Below, one piece after another: positions 41,880 to 54,400 of a DNA stretch of 63,879 bases. The position numbers and the translations under genes were made by a program. The stretch spans positions 1 to 63,879 of the forward strand of contig JAUCBJ010004795.1 of assembly GCA_032718475.1 (NCBI GenBank), read 5' to 3'. Position 1 is the stretch's first letter. Each line of letters begins with the position of its first letter. Under the pieces are notes generated by a model. The model was not told the origin of the DNA. It searched no databases and worked only from the letters and a program-made list of their open reading frames with translations. Origin of the DNA: Nemertoderma westbladi (Eukaryota > Animalia > Xenacoelomorpha).

Positions 41880-42441
41880 TTATAACGTATCTTGGAATCC
41901 CTTTCCATCTTGAAATTGACGTCGATTATCAAAATCCGCATCATCAACGGGTTGTAAGACGGGCTGGTCGTCATCTACAGGTCCCTCACTGTCCGGCAAA
42001 TCGTCAGCAACATGTATCGAGTCCGCGGCATGATGCGCTGAGTCCGCGGCAATAACCGCGGCATTATGTGGAGAGTCATCAGTTTGATCTTGCTGCCAAT
42101 CAGTTGGATCTTCTAACTGTTGGTTCTGGGCCGGTAGAGCCTGGTGATTGGCTGGATCTAACTGTTGGTTCTGGGCCGGTAGAGCCTGGTGATTGGCTCC
42201 CATAAGTACATCAGGTTGCACGGGGCCCGGCCCTGCGCCGTGGGCCTGCGCTGCGTTGATTGGTTGTTGTATCTGGTTATCTCTTCCATCCACCGGGTCA
42301 TTCACATTTTGCAATGGCTTCTCTATCTGAACTCCCAGATTCTGTTTAACAACACCGTCTGCCTGGGCATCTTCACCGTGTTTCTGTTTAACAACACTGT
42401 CTGCTTGTTCGTCTCCAACGTTTTGCGAGTTACAAGTTAAC
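41880..42441 (-). CDS. GOLM2: GOLM-like terminal exon 5 (acidic, Gln/Asp-rich; internal ANHQALPAQNQQL duplication)
   Basis: Acceptor ttttcctttag at 42442; frame of ORF 41880..42518; TAA at 41880. Confidence 0.8.
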
Positions 42442-45400
42442 CTAAAGGAAAATTTGAAAAAAACAAAAATTAAGGTGATTATGAAATTGTTATATTTCCA
42501 TTGACTATAAAAAGCCATTACGATTAGATTATAATATACAGTATTATCTCAGTATTTATATAATTTCTAATACCTAATCTATAATCCTAATAGGAGGTTG
42601 GAGGTGTGGGGGGGGGGGGGGGGGGACTCTCCGCAAATCCCATCTCGGCGAATTAATATCTCGCTTCATTCCTAAATTATCAATTTAGGGAAGGAGCTTT
42701 AAGCGTATTAGTAAGAATTATGTCAAATCTTTAGCGCTAAATCGTTGGTTATAAATCGGTTATAAAGGACATTTTTGTGGAACAAAAGTTATTTTTATTT
42801 TATAAAAAAAAGTAATATTTTAGTAAAAGCAAAATATTTTTGATGCCAAAAAGTCGAGGAAAAAATGTTCTTAATTATTTCGATGAAATGCGGATTACAA
42901 AGATGAGGTCATTCGGAATTGAAATTGAAGGCAAAATCTTTTACTTAAAATGGCGGAGATTTACGGCCAAATACATTGGATGGATAAAAACAGCCGACTT
43001 GTCTTCCTAAAAATGGCGGACGTTCATGGACGGAGCACGTATACTGCTATCCTGTGTATTTAAAGTCCGCACCGGAATACGTAGAGTTTCTGGTATACCA
43101 AATAATGTTGTCAAGTACTACCTGGAAGCGAAGTTAAATTAATTCGTGGCGACGGCGAGCAAGGCGGGAGGAGTGAAAAGACGATGTTGTGGAATAAAAT
43201 TACGGATTACATAGAAAACATGATCGTGGGGCTTTCGCGCAGCACGAGAGCCTACATTATAAAGTGCTGTATACTAAACTCTATTAGATATACGAAAACC
43301 GCCTTTCCCAAAATAAATATAAGTGATGGTGATGCGATCAGTTTGCGATAAACTAGTTGTAAAAACAGAGGACATTTCAGTTTGCACTTAGACGCTTTAA
43401 CTGTAATTTGTAAACCTACTAACTAGGGCTATTTAAGTTCAGTATAACATACTCTTCTCCTTCATTAGCCTCGTTGTGCTCGTCTTGTTCTGTCTTAAAA
43501 TAATTTTCCTAAACGAAGACTAACGGCCTTTATAACTATGCAAAGTCTCGAAACTGTACAACTGAAAGATATTATGAGTATGAGAACCCTCCAGGAGAAA
43601 TACCGGCTCGGTCGTCGCCCGGGTCAACAAGGACTGCGTCCCTCAGTGGTATACCAGGCTGGGGTCGATAAATTGGCTACTGGAACAGAAGACAGAGAAG
43701 AAAGAAGAACCAACCTGTTGAAATGTAAAAAGACACTAAAGATTGCTACAATGAACGCACGCACGCTGAAAGCACAGAGCAAACAGGGTGACATGGTTGC
43801 TCTGGCAATGGAATATAACATCGACATCATCTGCATCCAAGAACATCGGATTTGTCATGAAGACACTGCCATGAAGTACAATGACATTGGAAATGGATGG
43901 ACGTTAGTAACAAGCTCAGCAGTAAGAAACTCGGCCAATGCATCAATTGGTGGAGTAGGAATTCTGCTAAGCCCATTTGCACTTTGGACCCTAAACAACA
44001 TCGAATCTATAAATTCCAGGGTTATGATCGCAACATTTGATGGGAATCCCAAGACAACAGTTATATGTTGCTACAGTCCAACCAATGCATCAGAGCCACA
44101 ACAAGCAGTCAAGTTTTATGAAGAACTGACTGGACTTATTAAGGACATCCCGAAACACAATGTTAAAGTCATTGCTGGTGACCTGAATGCTCAAATTGGC
44201 CCAGAAGACATCAAGGGTTACACCTATAACACCAGTTCTAACAGAAATGGGTACTTACTTTTAGACCTAATGGAAGAATGTGAATTGATACCAACAAACA
44301 ACACATTCGAAACACTGCTCACATACAGCAACAATCAAGACTTACCTGGCAAACTGTAAATGAGGTATCTGGTCGGAAAAGTTGTGCAAAGGGGCGCCTC
44401 AAAGCCGATAGTCCTGAAGAACGTGTTGGGAAGTGGAAAAATCACTTCAGCAACTTGCTTGGGCAGCCACCAAACATCGAGGTCAGCCCTACAAGGAAAA
44501 TATATGACAAGACACTACCTATAGAAACAGGGGACTTCACACCTGCCGAACTCCAAAGAAGCATTAAAAGCATGTCCAATAATAAAGCGAGTGGATTAGA
44601 TGAAATCCCAGCGGAGGTATGGAAAACCGGAGTGCTAAATAGACCATTATTGAATGTTTGCAACCGGATGTTAAAAGGGGAAAAGCCACCACCAATTTGG
44701 ACTAAAGGTCAACTAAAGCCTCTCCCCAAGAAAGGAGACCTCGGCATACCAACAAACTATCGTGGGATCTGTCTGCTTGTGATAGCTGCCAAAATATACA
44801 ATAAAATGACTCTATATAGGATTAGGCCTCACATAGAGCAACTACTGCGTAAGAGCCAAAACGGATTTCGACCAAGTAGATCAACAATAGCTCAGATACT
44901 TGCACTAAGGAGACTGATTGAAGGAATTAAGTCAAAAAATCTCCCCGAAGTCATGACTTTTGTGGACTTCAAGAAGGCATTCGACTCCATCCATAGAGGT
45001 AAAATGCTTGAAATCCTAAGAGCTTATGGAATACCAGAAGTAATTGTTGCTGGCATTGGATTGTTATATTGTGACACAGAAGCGCAGGTACTCTCACCAG
45101 ATGGTGAAACTGAGTTTTTCTCAATCCTGGCTGGCGTACTGCAAGGTGACACATTAGCACCATTACTATTTGTAATTGTGCTGGATTACGCAATGAGGAC
45201 GGCCACAAAGGGTGAAGATCTGGGATTCACACTTCAAGAACGCAGAAGTAGTATAGATATCCGGCAACTACAGTCACAGACACCGACTTTGCGGATGACA
45301 TCGCCCTGCTCTCTAATACGCTAGCAGATGCACATTGCACAGCTTCTACAAAATAAAGTGGAGAGGGCTGCTAAGGAGGTTGGATTGCATATAAATGCTA

Positions 45401-48400
45401 CCAAGACCGAATTCATGACCTTTAATGTTGATGGAAACTTGACAACCATTGATAATAATCAACTAATGAAGGTCGACGACTTCCAGTACCTTGGATCATG
45501 GATAGAGAGTAGCAAAAAGGACATAGAAGTTAGGAAAGCAAAGGCTTGGGTAGCTCTATCAAAAATGGATACCATCTGGAAATCAGATCTCTCCAGGCAC
45601 CTGAAGACTAAGTTCTTTCGAGCCACAGTGGAAAGTGTATTTTTATACGGGGGTGAGACCTGGACACTGACTAAATCATTTGAACAACGAATTGATGGTT
45701 GCTACACAGGACTACTAAGGGCAGCCCTAAACATCAGCTGGAGACAACACATGACAAACGCCGAGCTTTATGGTACAATACCACCTGTATCAACCACCCT
45801 CCGTTAACGCAGATTAAGATTCAGTGGGCACTGCTGGCGAAGTAAAGACGAGGTCATACCAGATCTACTTCTCTGGCAACCAACTCATGGAAAGCGTAGT
45901 CGTGGACGACCTGCCATAACATATATAGATCAACTTGAAAGGAATACTGAACTTGGGAGAAACGAAATTGCGACAACTATGGAGAATCGGGAAACCTGGA
46001 AGGATCTCATTTCCACTGTCCGAGTTCGCTCGACCTAGTAGTAGTAGTGCCTCCTTATAATTTGACAGATATTTAGAACTAACCTTAAATTGAAGGGAAG
46101 GTTTGAAAACTTTACCCTCAATTATCTCAAATAATTGACATAATCTTGAGAATGGCTTGTTGAAATTTCATAAAATTTGTACTGAAAGTTCCCTACCATA
46201 TAAGGTAACTTTTGATCTAGAATTAAGAAAATCTGATTGTAAGTTGTATAACTTTTTGTGAGAAAAAGGTCGTGTTTTTTTTCAAATTCCCGATTTTTGG
46301 AGTTTTTTTTCTCAAAAAAATGCCATATCTCCATAAGATATATAGTCAAGGGGTAACCATTTTATAGTATTACAATATCATGGAATATACAATTAAAAAG
46401 ACACACTTAGGGCACGTAGTGTTAGTGTTTTAGTGTTAGCACATGTTATATTAAGTAGTCTGGTCTAATTTTTAAGCAAACATTATGTTACACAAGTAAA
46501 TGAATTTTCTTATACCACAAACGAATTTAAATATCGATATAATTTGTTTATTTCAATCGGATACATTTTCGGGAATATCAATTTATCTCTTCGCTGATTA
46601 AATTCGGTACCATTCTATGAATGGCAAATGGAACCCCAGTAGCTAAAATACCATAAATTATTGTAATCGAATTTAGATAATTTTTTTTGTCAACCACCCA
46701 CGCCTCCCTAACAATAACTGTCAACCACCCACGCCTCCCTAACAATAACTTACAACTGAGTGTTGAGAAGGCTTATTTCGTGTCTCAAATCTTCCAGATT
46801 GCCCTGATTTTCGACTATTTCGTCTTCTAGTTTTCCCTTTTCCAGTCTATTCGCACGCAGCTGCTCCTCGTTAGAAGATCGCAATTTATCCTGGAAATTA
46901 AAAAAAATGATCTCCAATAAATAACAATTCGGGTATTGAACTTTATTACCAATTAAAAAGACTACAGCGGCGGTAACAAATGACCAATACTAATTTTAGT
47001 CCACGGCAGTGTGTGTATTGATTCCGCAGTTCGATGGAATGGGAGTGAGAGTGAGGATCGAGGCATCGACATGATCTTTGTTACCAGAAGACAGTACCAT
47101 GGACTCAAACTGTTCTGTAAAGAGGCCATTCATTACGGTGGTGGGGCGAGCTAAGAAAGTAAACCAACTTAGCTTACAGGTACCGCTATCTCAACCTGTG
47201 TGTCTGTCGATCCCAATATTTGAACCTTAATAGCTCTGCCAAACATCGATGAAATCTAACCACACTTGGTACACAAATAATCTATCAAAAGTTGAGAAAT
47301 TTTCCCGAAGTAGGATTTACGTGTTACGTATGGCCTACAAGAAATTAAAATAAAAGTAGTTAATGAGTTAATTATTGTCAATTGCGGTAAAAAAGGCCAT
47401 TTTCAACATGCCTTATAATGGAAATTAATTATTTTCTAACATTAAATTAAATTAACTAAACTTAAAAATTATACAGCTGAATCCCCATTCCATTATAGCT
47501 TATAATTAGTTCAAGTGCTTTACTTTAAAAATCCCACTTTCTATATGTAAATTGGTATGATTGCTGTTCTGAAAGCACTACTAACTGGCTGTAGGAACTA
47601 TGTGACTGGGGGTGGGGGAGGTTTCTATAGGACAGCCAGCGAAAATATCCAGACTAATTAAAGCTTGCTTATTCAATCGTAGGAAGAGATACAAAATTGT
47701 TTATCTCATAATAATAATTATAAAATTAATATTAACAAACATAATTTCATCAACAATTTCTCAACTGTTGGTCTTATTTATGCCAATTAACTAATTTTCA
47801 ACTCGACAGTTTTAAATCCGACAAAGTTATAAGCATGTTAAAATAGTAACGACAGCGACGACACTACACTATTAGTAATTATTGATCCACCCCCTAACAA
47901 ACAGTGTCAGTTCGCTAAGACTCCGCCAACTTCGAGGCTCGCTCCATACAAATGTGCTTCGCCACCGACGAATAACCAGCAGTAGCGAGTAAATAATTGT
48001 CATAATTTCATTGAAACAATAAACTTAAAAGGATCGATTTTTTAGATATTTATATCTATATTTTTTGTTTATATAGTCAGTCTGTTGGTGGACCGAATTG
48101 AAATAATAGAAAATTTAAAGATAAATTCCTAATAATAATAAAACTGTCTGAATGGCTAAATTTTACTTCTACCGGTAATATATTAAATTAGCAGTTAGTA
48201 GAACTAAAATTACTAAAATAAATTATCCAATGAAAGTCTAGTTTTATTTACTAAACATAATGATGGAACGTAGTAACGTAGACTGCCAGTGTCCTATCAC
48301 TAATTAATGATGGAAAGACTTACTTCTATCACTAAAATAGTTTTAGTACTAGACCTGCTATTTATATAATTTACTATTATCAAAAAAGAATAAAATAACG

Positions 48401-51400
48401 GAAAGGGAGCACTTCTTGTCACCATTTTCAATTGAAAAAATAATGTGGCAAACTGTCAGACGAGTTTCTAAATCAGTATTTGTAGCGCGGCTGAGGTACT
48501 CACGTATTGTGTTGCAGCTGAGGTACTCACGTATTGTAGTGCGGCTGAGGTACTCACGTATTGTGTTGCGGCTGAGGTACTCACGTATTGTGTTGCAGCT
48601 GAGGTACTCACGTATTGTAGTGCGGCTGAGGTACTCACGTATTGTAGTGCGGCTGAGGTACTCACGTATTGTAGTGCGGCTGAGGTACTCACGTATTGTA
48701 GTGCGGCTGAGGTACTCACGTATTGTAGTGCGGCTGAGGTACTCACGTATTGTAGTACTGCTGAGGTACTCACGTATTGTAGTGCGGCTGAGGTACTCAC
48801 GTATTGTGTTGCGGCTGAGGTACTCACGTATTGTAGTGCGGCTGAGGTACTCACGTATTGTGTTGCGGCTGAGGTACTCACGTATTGTGTTGCAGCTGAG
48901 GTACTCACGTATTGTAGTGCGGCTGAGGTACTCACGTATTGTAGTGCGGCTGAGGTACTCACGTATTGTAGTGCGGCTGAGGTACTCACGTATTGTAGTA
49001 CTGCTGAGGTACTCACGTATTGTGTTGCGGCTGAGGTACTCACGTATTGTAGTGCGGCTGAGGTACTCACGTATTGTGTTGCGGATGAGGTACTCACGTA
49101 TTGTAGTGCGGCTGAGGTACTCACGTATTGTAGTGCGGCTGAGGTACTCACGTATTGTGTTGCGGATGAGGTACTCACGTATTGTAGTGCGGCTGAGGTA
49201 CTCACGTATTGTAGTACTGCTGAGGTACTCACGTATTGTAGTGCGGCTGACCTACTCACGTATTGTGTTGCGGCTGAGGTATTTACGTATTGTAGTGTGG
49301 CTGAGGTACTCACGTATTGTAGTACTGCTGAGGTACTCACGTATTGTAGTACTGCTGAGGTACTCACGTATTGTGTTGCGGCTGAGGTACTCACGTATTG
49401 TAGCGCGGCTGAGGTACTCACGTATTGTAGTGCGACTGAGGTACTCACGTATTGTAGTACTGCTGAGGTACTCACGTATTGTAGTGCGACTGAGGTACTC
49501 ACGTATTGTGTTGCGGCTGAGGTACTCACGTATTGTAGCGCGGCTGAGGTACTCACGTATTGTAGTGCGACTGAGGTACTCACGTATTGTAGTGCGGCTG
49601 AGGTACTCACGTATTGTGTTGCGGCTGAGGTACTCACGTATTGTGTTGCGGCTGAGGTATTTACGTATTGTAGTGCGGCTGAGGTACTCACGTATTGTAG
49701 TGCGGCTGAGGTACTCACGTATTGTAGTGCGGCTGAGGTACTCACGTATTGTGTTGCGGCTGAGGTGAGGTACTCACGTATTGTGTTGCGGCTGAGGTAC
49801 TCACGTATTGTGTTGCGGCTGAGGTACTCACGTATTGTAGTGCGGCTGAGGTACTCACGTATTGTGTTGCAGCTAAGGTACTCACGTATTGTAGTGCGGC
49901 TGAGGTACTCACGTATTGTAGTGCGGCTGAGGTACTCACGTATTGTAGTGCGGCTGAGGTACTCACGTATTGTGTTGCGGCTGAGGTACTCATGTATTGT
50001 AGTGCGGCTGAGGTACTCACGTATTGTGTTGCAGCTGAGGTACTCACGTATTGTAGTGCGGCTGAGGTACTCACGTATTGTGTTGCAGCTGAGGTACTCA
50101 CGTATTGTAGTGCGGCTGAGGTACTCACGTATTGAGTTGCGGCTGAGGTACTCACGTATTGTAGTGCGGCTGCGGTACTCACGTATTGAGTTGCGGCTGA
50201 GGTACTCACGTATTGTGTTGCGGCTGGGGTACTCACGTATTGTAGTGCGGCTGAGGTACACACGTATTGTAGTGCGACTGAGGTACTCACGTATTGTGTT
50301 GCGGCCGAGGTACTCACGTATTGTAGTGCGGCTGAGGTACTCACGTATTGTAGTGCGGCTGAGGTACTCACGTATTGTAGTACTGCTGCGGTACTCACGT
50401 ATTGTAGTCAGTGCGGCTGAGGTACTCACGTATTGTAGTGCGGCTGAGGTACTCACGTATTGTAGTGCGGTTGACCTACTCACGTATTGTGTTGCGGCTG
50501 AGGTACTCACGTATTGTGTTGCAGCTGAGGTACTCACGTATTGTAGTGCGGTTGAGGTACTCACGTATTGTAGTGCGGCTGAGGTACTCACGTATTGTAG
50601 TGCGGCTGAGGTACTCATGTATTGTAGTGCGGCTGAGGTACTCACGTATTGTAGTGCGGCTGAGGTACTCACGTATTGTAGTGCGACTGAGGTACTCACG
50701 TATTGTGTTGCGGCTGAGGTACTCACGTATTGTAGTGCGGCTGAGGTACTCACGTATTGTAGTGCGACTGAGGTACTCACGTATTGTAGTGCGGCTGAGG
50801 TACTCACGTATTGTAGTGCGACTGAGGTACTCACGTATTGTGTTGCGGCTGTGGTACTCACGTATTGTAGTGCGGCTGAGGTACTCACGTATTGTAGTGC
50901 GGCTGAGGTACTCACGTATTGTAGTGCGACTGAGGTACTCACGTATTGTGTTGCGGCTGAGGTACTCACGTATTGTAGTGCGGATGAGGTACTCACGTAT
51001 TGTAGTGCGACTGAGGTACTCACGTATTGTAGTGCGGCTGAGGTACTCACGTATTGTAGTGCGACTGAGGTACTCACGTATTGTAGTGCGACTGAGGTAC
51101 TCACGTATTGTGTTGCGACTGAGGTACTCACGTATTGTAGTGCGGCTGAGGTACTCACGTATTGTGTTGCGGCTGAGGTACTCACGTATTGTGTTGCGGC
51201 TGAGGTACTCACGTATTGTAGTGCGGCTGAGGTACTCACGTATTGTAGTGCGACTGAGGTACTCACGTATTGTAGTGCGGCTGAGGTACTCACGTATTGT
51301 AGTGCGGCTGAGGTACTCACGTATTGTAGTGCGGCTGAGGTACTCACGTATTGTAGTGCGGCTGAGGTACTCACGTATTGTAGTGCGGCTGAGGTACTCA

Positions 51401-54400
51401 CGTATTGTAGTGCGGCTGAGGTACTCACGTATTGTAGTGCGGCTGAGGTACTCACGTATTGTAGTGCGACTGAGGTACTCACGTATTGTGTTGCGGCTGA
51501 GGTACTCACGTATTGTAGTGCGGCTGAGGTACTCACGTATTGTAGTGCGACTGAAGTACTCACGTATTGTGTTGCGGCTGAGGTACTCACGTATTGTAGT
51601 GCGGCTGAGGTACTCACGTATTGTAGTGCGACTGAGGTACTCACGTATTGTAGTGCGGCTGAGGTACTCACGTATTGTAGTGCGGCTGAGGTACTCACGT
51701 ATTGTAGTGCAACTGAGGTACTCACGTATTGTGTTGCGGCTGAGGTACTCACGTATTGTAGTGCGGCTGAGGTACTCACGTATTGTAGTGCGGATGAGGT
51801 ACTCACGTATTGTAGTGCGGCTGAGGTACTCACGTATTGTAGTGCGACTGAGGTACTCACGTATTGTGTTGCGGCTGAGGTACTCACGTATTGTAGTGCG
51901 GCTGAGGTACTCACGTATTGTAGTGCGACTGAGGTACTCACGTATTGTAGTGCGGCTGAGGTACTCACGTATTGTAGTGCGGCTGAGGTACTCACGTATT
52001 GTAGTGCGACTGAGGTACTCACGTATTGTGTTGCGGCTGAGGTACTCACGTATTGTAGTGCGGCTGAGGTACTCACGTATTGTAGTGCGACTGAGGTACT
52101 CACGTATTGTGTTGCGGCTGAGGTACTCACGTATTGTAGTGCGGCTGAGGTACTCACGTATTGTAGTGCGGCTGAGGTACTCACGTATTGTAGTGCGGCT
52201 GAGGTACTCACGTATTGTGTTGCGGCTGAGGTACTCACGTATTGTAGTGCGACTGAGGTACTCACGTATTGTAGTGCGACTGAGGTACTCACGTATTGTG
52301 TTGCGGCTGAGGTACTCACGTATTGTAGTGTGGCTGAGGTACTCACGTATTGTGTTGCGGCTGAGGTACTCACGTATTGTAGTGCGACTGAGGTACTCAC
52401 GTATTGTGTTGCGGCTGAGGTACTCACGTATTGTAGTGCGACTGAGGTACTCACGTATTGTGTTGCGGCTGAGGTACTCACGTATTGTAGTGCGACTGAG
52501 GTACTCACGTATTGTAGTACTGCTGAGGTACTCACGTATTGAGTTGCGGCTGAGGTACTCACGTATTGTAGTGCGACTGAGGTACTCACGTATTGTAGTG
52601 CGACTGAGGTACTCACGTATTGTAGTGCGGATGAGGTACTCACGTATTGTAGTGCGGCTGAGGTACTCACGTATTGTAGTGCGACTGAGGTACTCACGTA
52701 TTGTGTTGCGGCTGAGGTACTCACGTATTGTAGTGCGGCTGAGGTACTCACGTATTGTAGTGCGACTGAGGTACTCACGTATTGTAGTGCGGCTGAGGTA
52801 CTCACGTATTGTAGTGCGGCTGAGGTACTCACGTATTGTAGTGCGACTGAGGTACTCACGTATTGTGTTGCGGCTGAGGTACTCACGTATTGTAGTGCGG
52901 CTGAGGTACTCACGTATTGTAGTGCGACTGAGGTACTCACGTATTGTGTTGCGGCTGAGGTACTCACGTATTGTAGTGCGGCTGAGGTACTCACGTATTG
53001 TAGTGCGGCTGAGGTACTCACGTATTGTAGTGCGACTGAGGTACTCACGTATTGTGTTGCGGCTGAGGTACTCACGTATTGTAGTGCGGCTGAGGTACTC
53101 ACGTATTGTAGTGCGGCTGAGGTACTCACGTATTGTAGTGCGGCTGAGGTACTCACGTATTGTGTTGCGGATGAGGAACTCACGTATTGTAGTGCGACTG
53201 AGGTACTCACGTATTGTAGTGCGACTGAGGTACTCACGTATTGTGTTGCGGCTGAGGTACTCACGTATTGTAGTGTGGCTGAGGTACTCACGTATTGTGT
53301 TGCGGCTGAGGTACTCACGTATTGTAGTGCGACTGAGGTACTCACGTATTGTAGTGCGGCTGAGGTACTCACGTATTGTAGTGCGGCTGAGGTACTCACG
53401 TATTGTAGTGCGACTGAGGTACTCACGTATTGTGTTGCGGCTGAGGTACTCACGTATTGTAGTGTGGCTGAGGTACTCACGTATTGTGTTGCGGCTGAGG
53501 TACTCACGTATTGTAGTGCGGCTGAGGTACTCACGTATTGTAGTGCGACTGAGGTACTCACGTATTGTGTTGCGGCTGAGGTACTCACGTATTGTAGTGC
53601 GGCTGAGGTACTCACGTATTGCGTTGCGGCTGAGGTACTCACGTATTGTAGTGCGACTGAGGTACTCACGTATTGTGTTGCGGCTGAGGTACTCACGTAT
53701 TGTAGTGTGGCTGAGGTACTCACGTATTGTGTTGCGGCTGAGGTACTCACGTATTGTAGTGCGACTGAGGTACTCACGTATTGTAGTGCGGCTGAGGTAC
53801 TCACGTATTGTAGTGTGGCTGAGGTACTCACGTATTGTGTTGCGGCTGAGGTACTCACGTATTGTAGTGCGACTGAGGTACTCACGTATTGTAGTGCGGC
53901 TGAGGTACTCACGTATTGTAGTGCGACTGAGGTACTCACGTATTGTGTTGCGGCTGAGGTACTCACGTATTGTAGTGTGGCTGAGGTACTCACGTATTGT
54001 GTTGCGGCTGAGGTACTCACGTATTGTAGTGCGACTGAGGTACTCACGTATTGTAGTGCGGCTGAGGTACTCACGTATTGTAGTGCGGCTGAGGTACTCA
54101 CGTATTGTAGTGCGACTGAGGTACTCACGTATTGTGTTGCGGCTGAGGTACTCACGTATTGTAGTGTGGCTGAGGTACTCATGTATTGTGTTGCGGCTGA
54201 GGTACTCACGTATTGTAGTGCGGCTGAGGTACTCACGTTTTGTAGTGCGACTGAGGTACTCACGTATTGTGTTGCGGCTGAGGTACTCACGTATTGTAGT
54301 GCGGCTGAGGTACTCACGTATTGTAGTGCGACTGAGGTACTCACGTATTGTAGTGCGACTGAGGTACTCACGTATTGTGTTGCGGCTGAGGTACTCACGT

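Noticed and set aside
43520-46062. Target-site duplication for the RTE element (gcctttataa vs gcctccttataa)
   Set aside because: Imperfect match; the 5' boundary cannot be fixed from this window.
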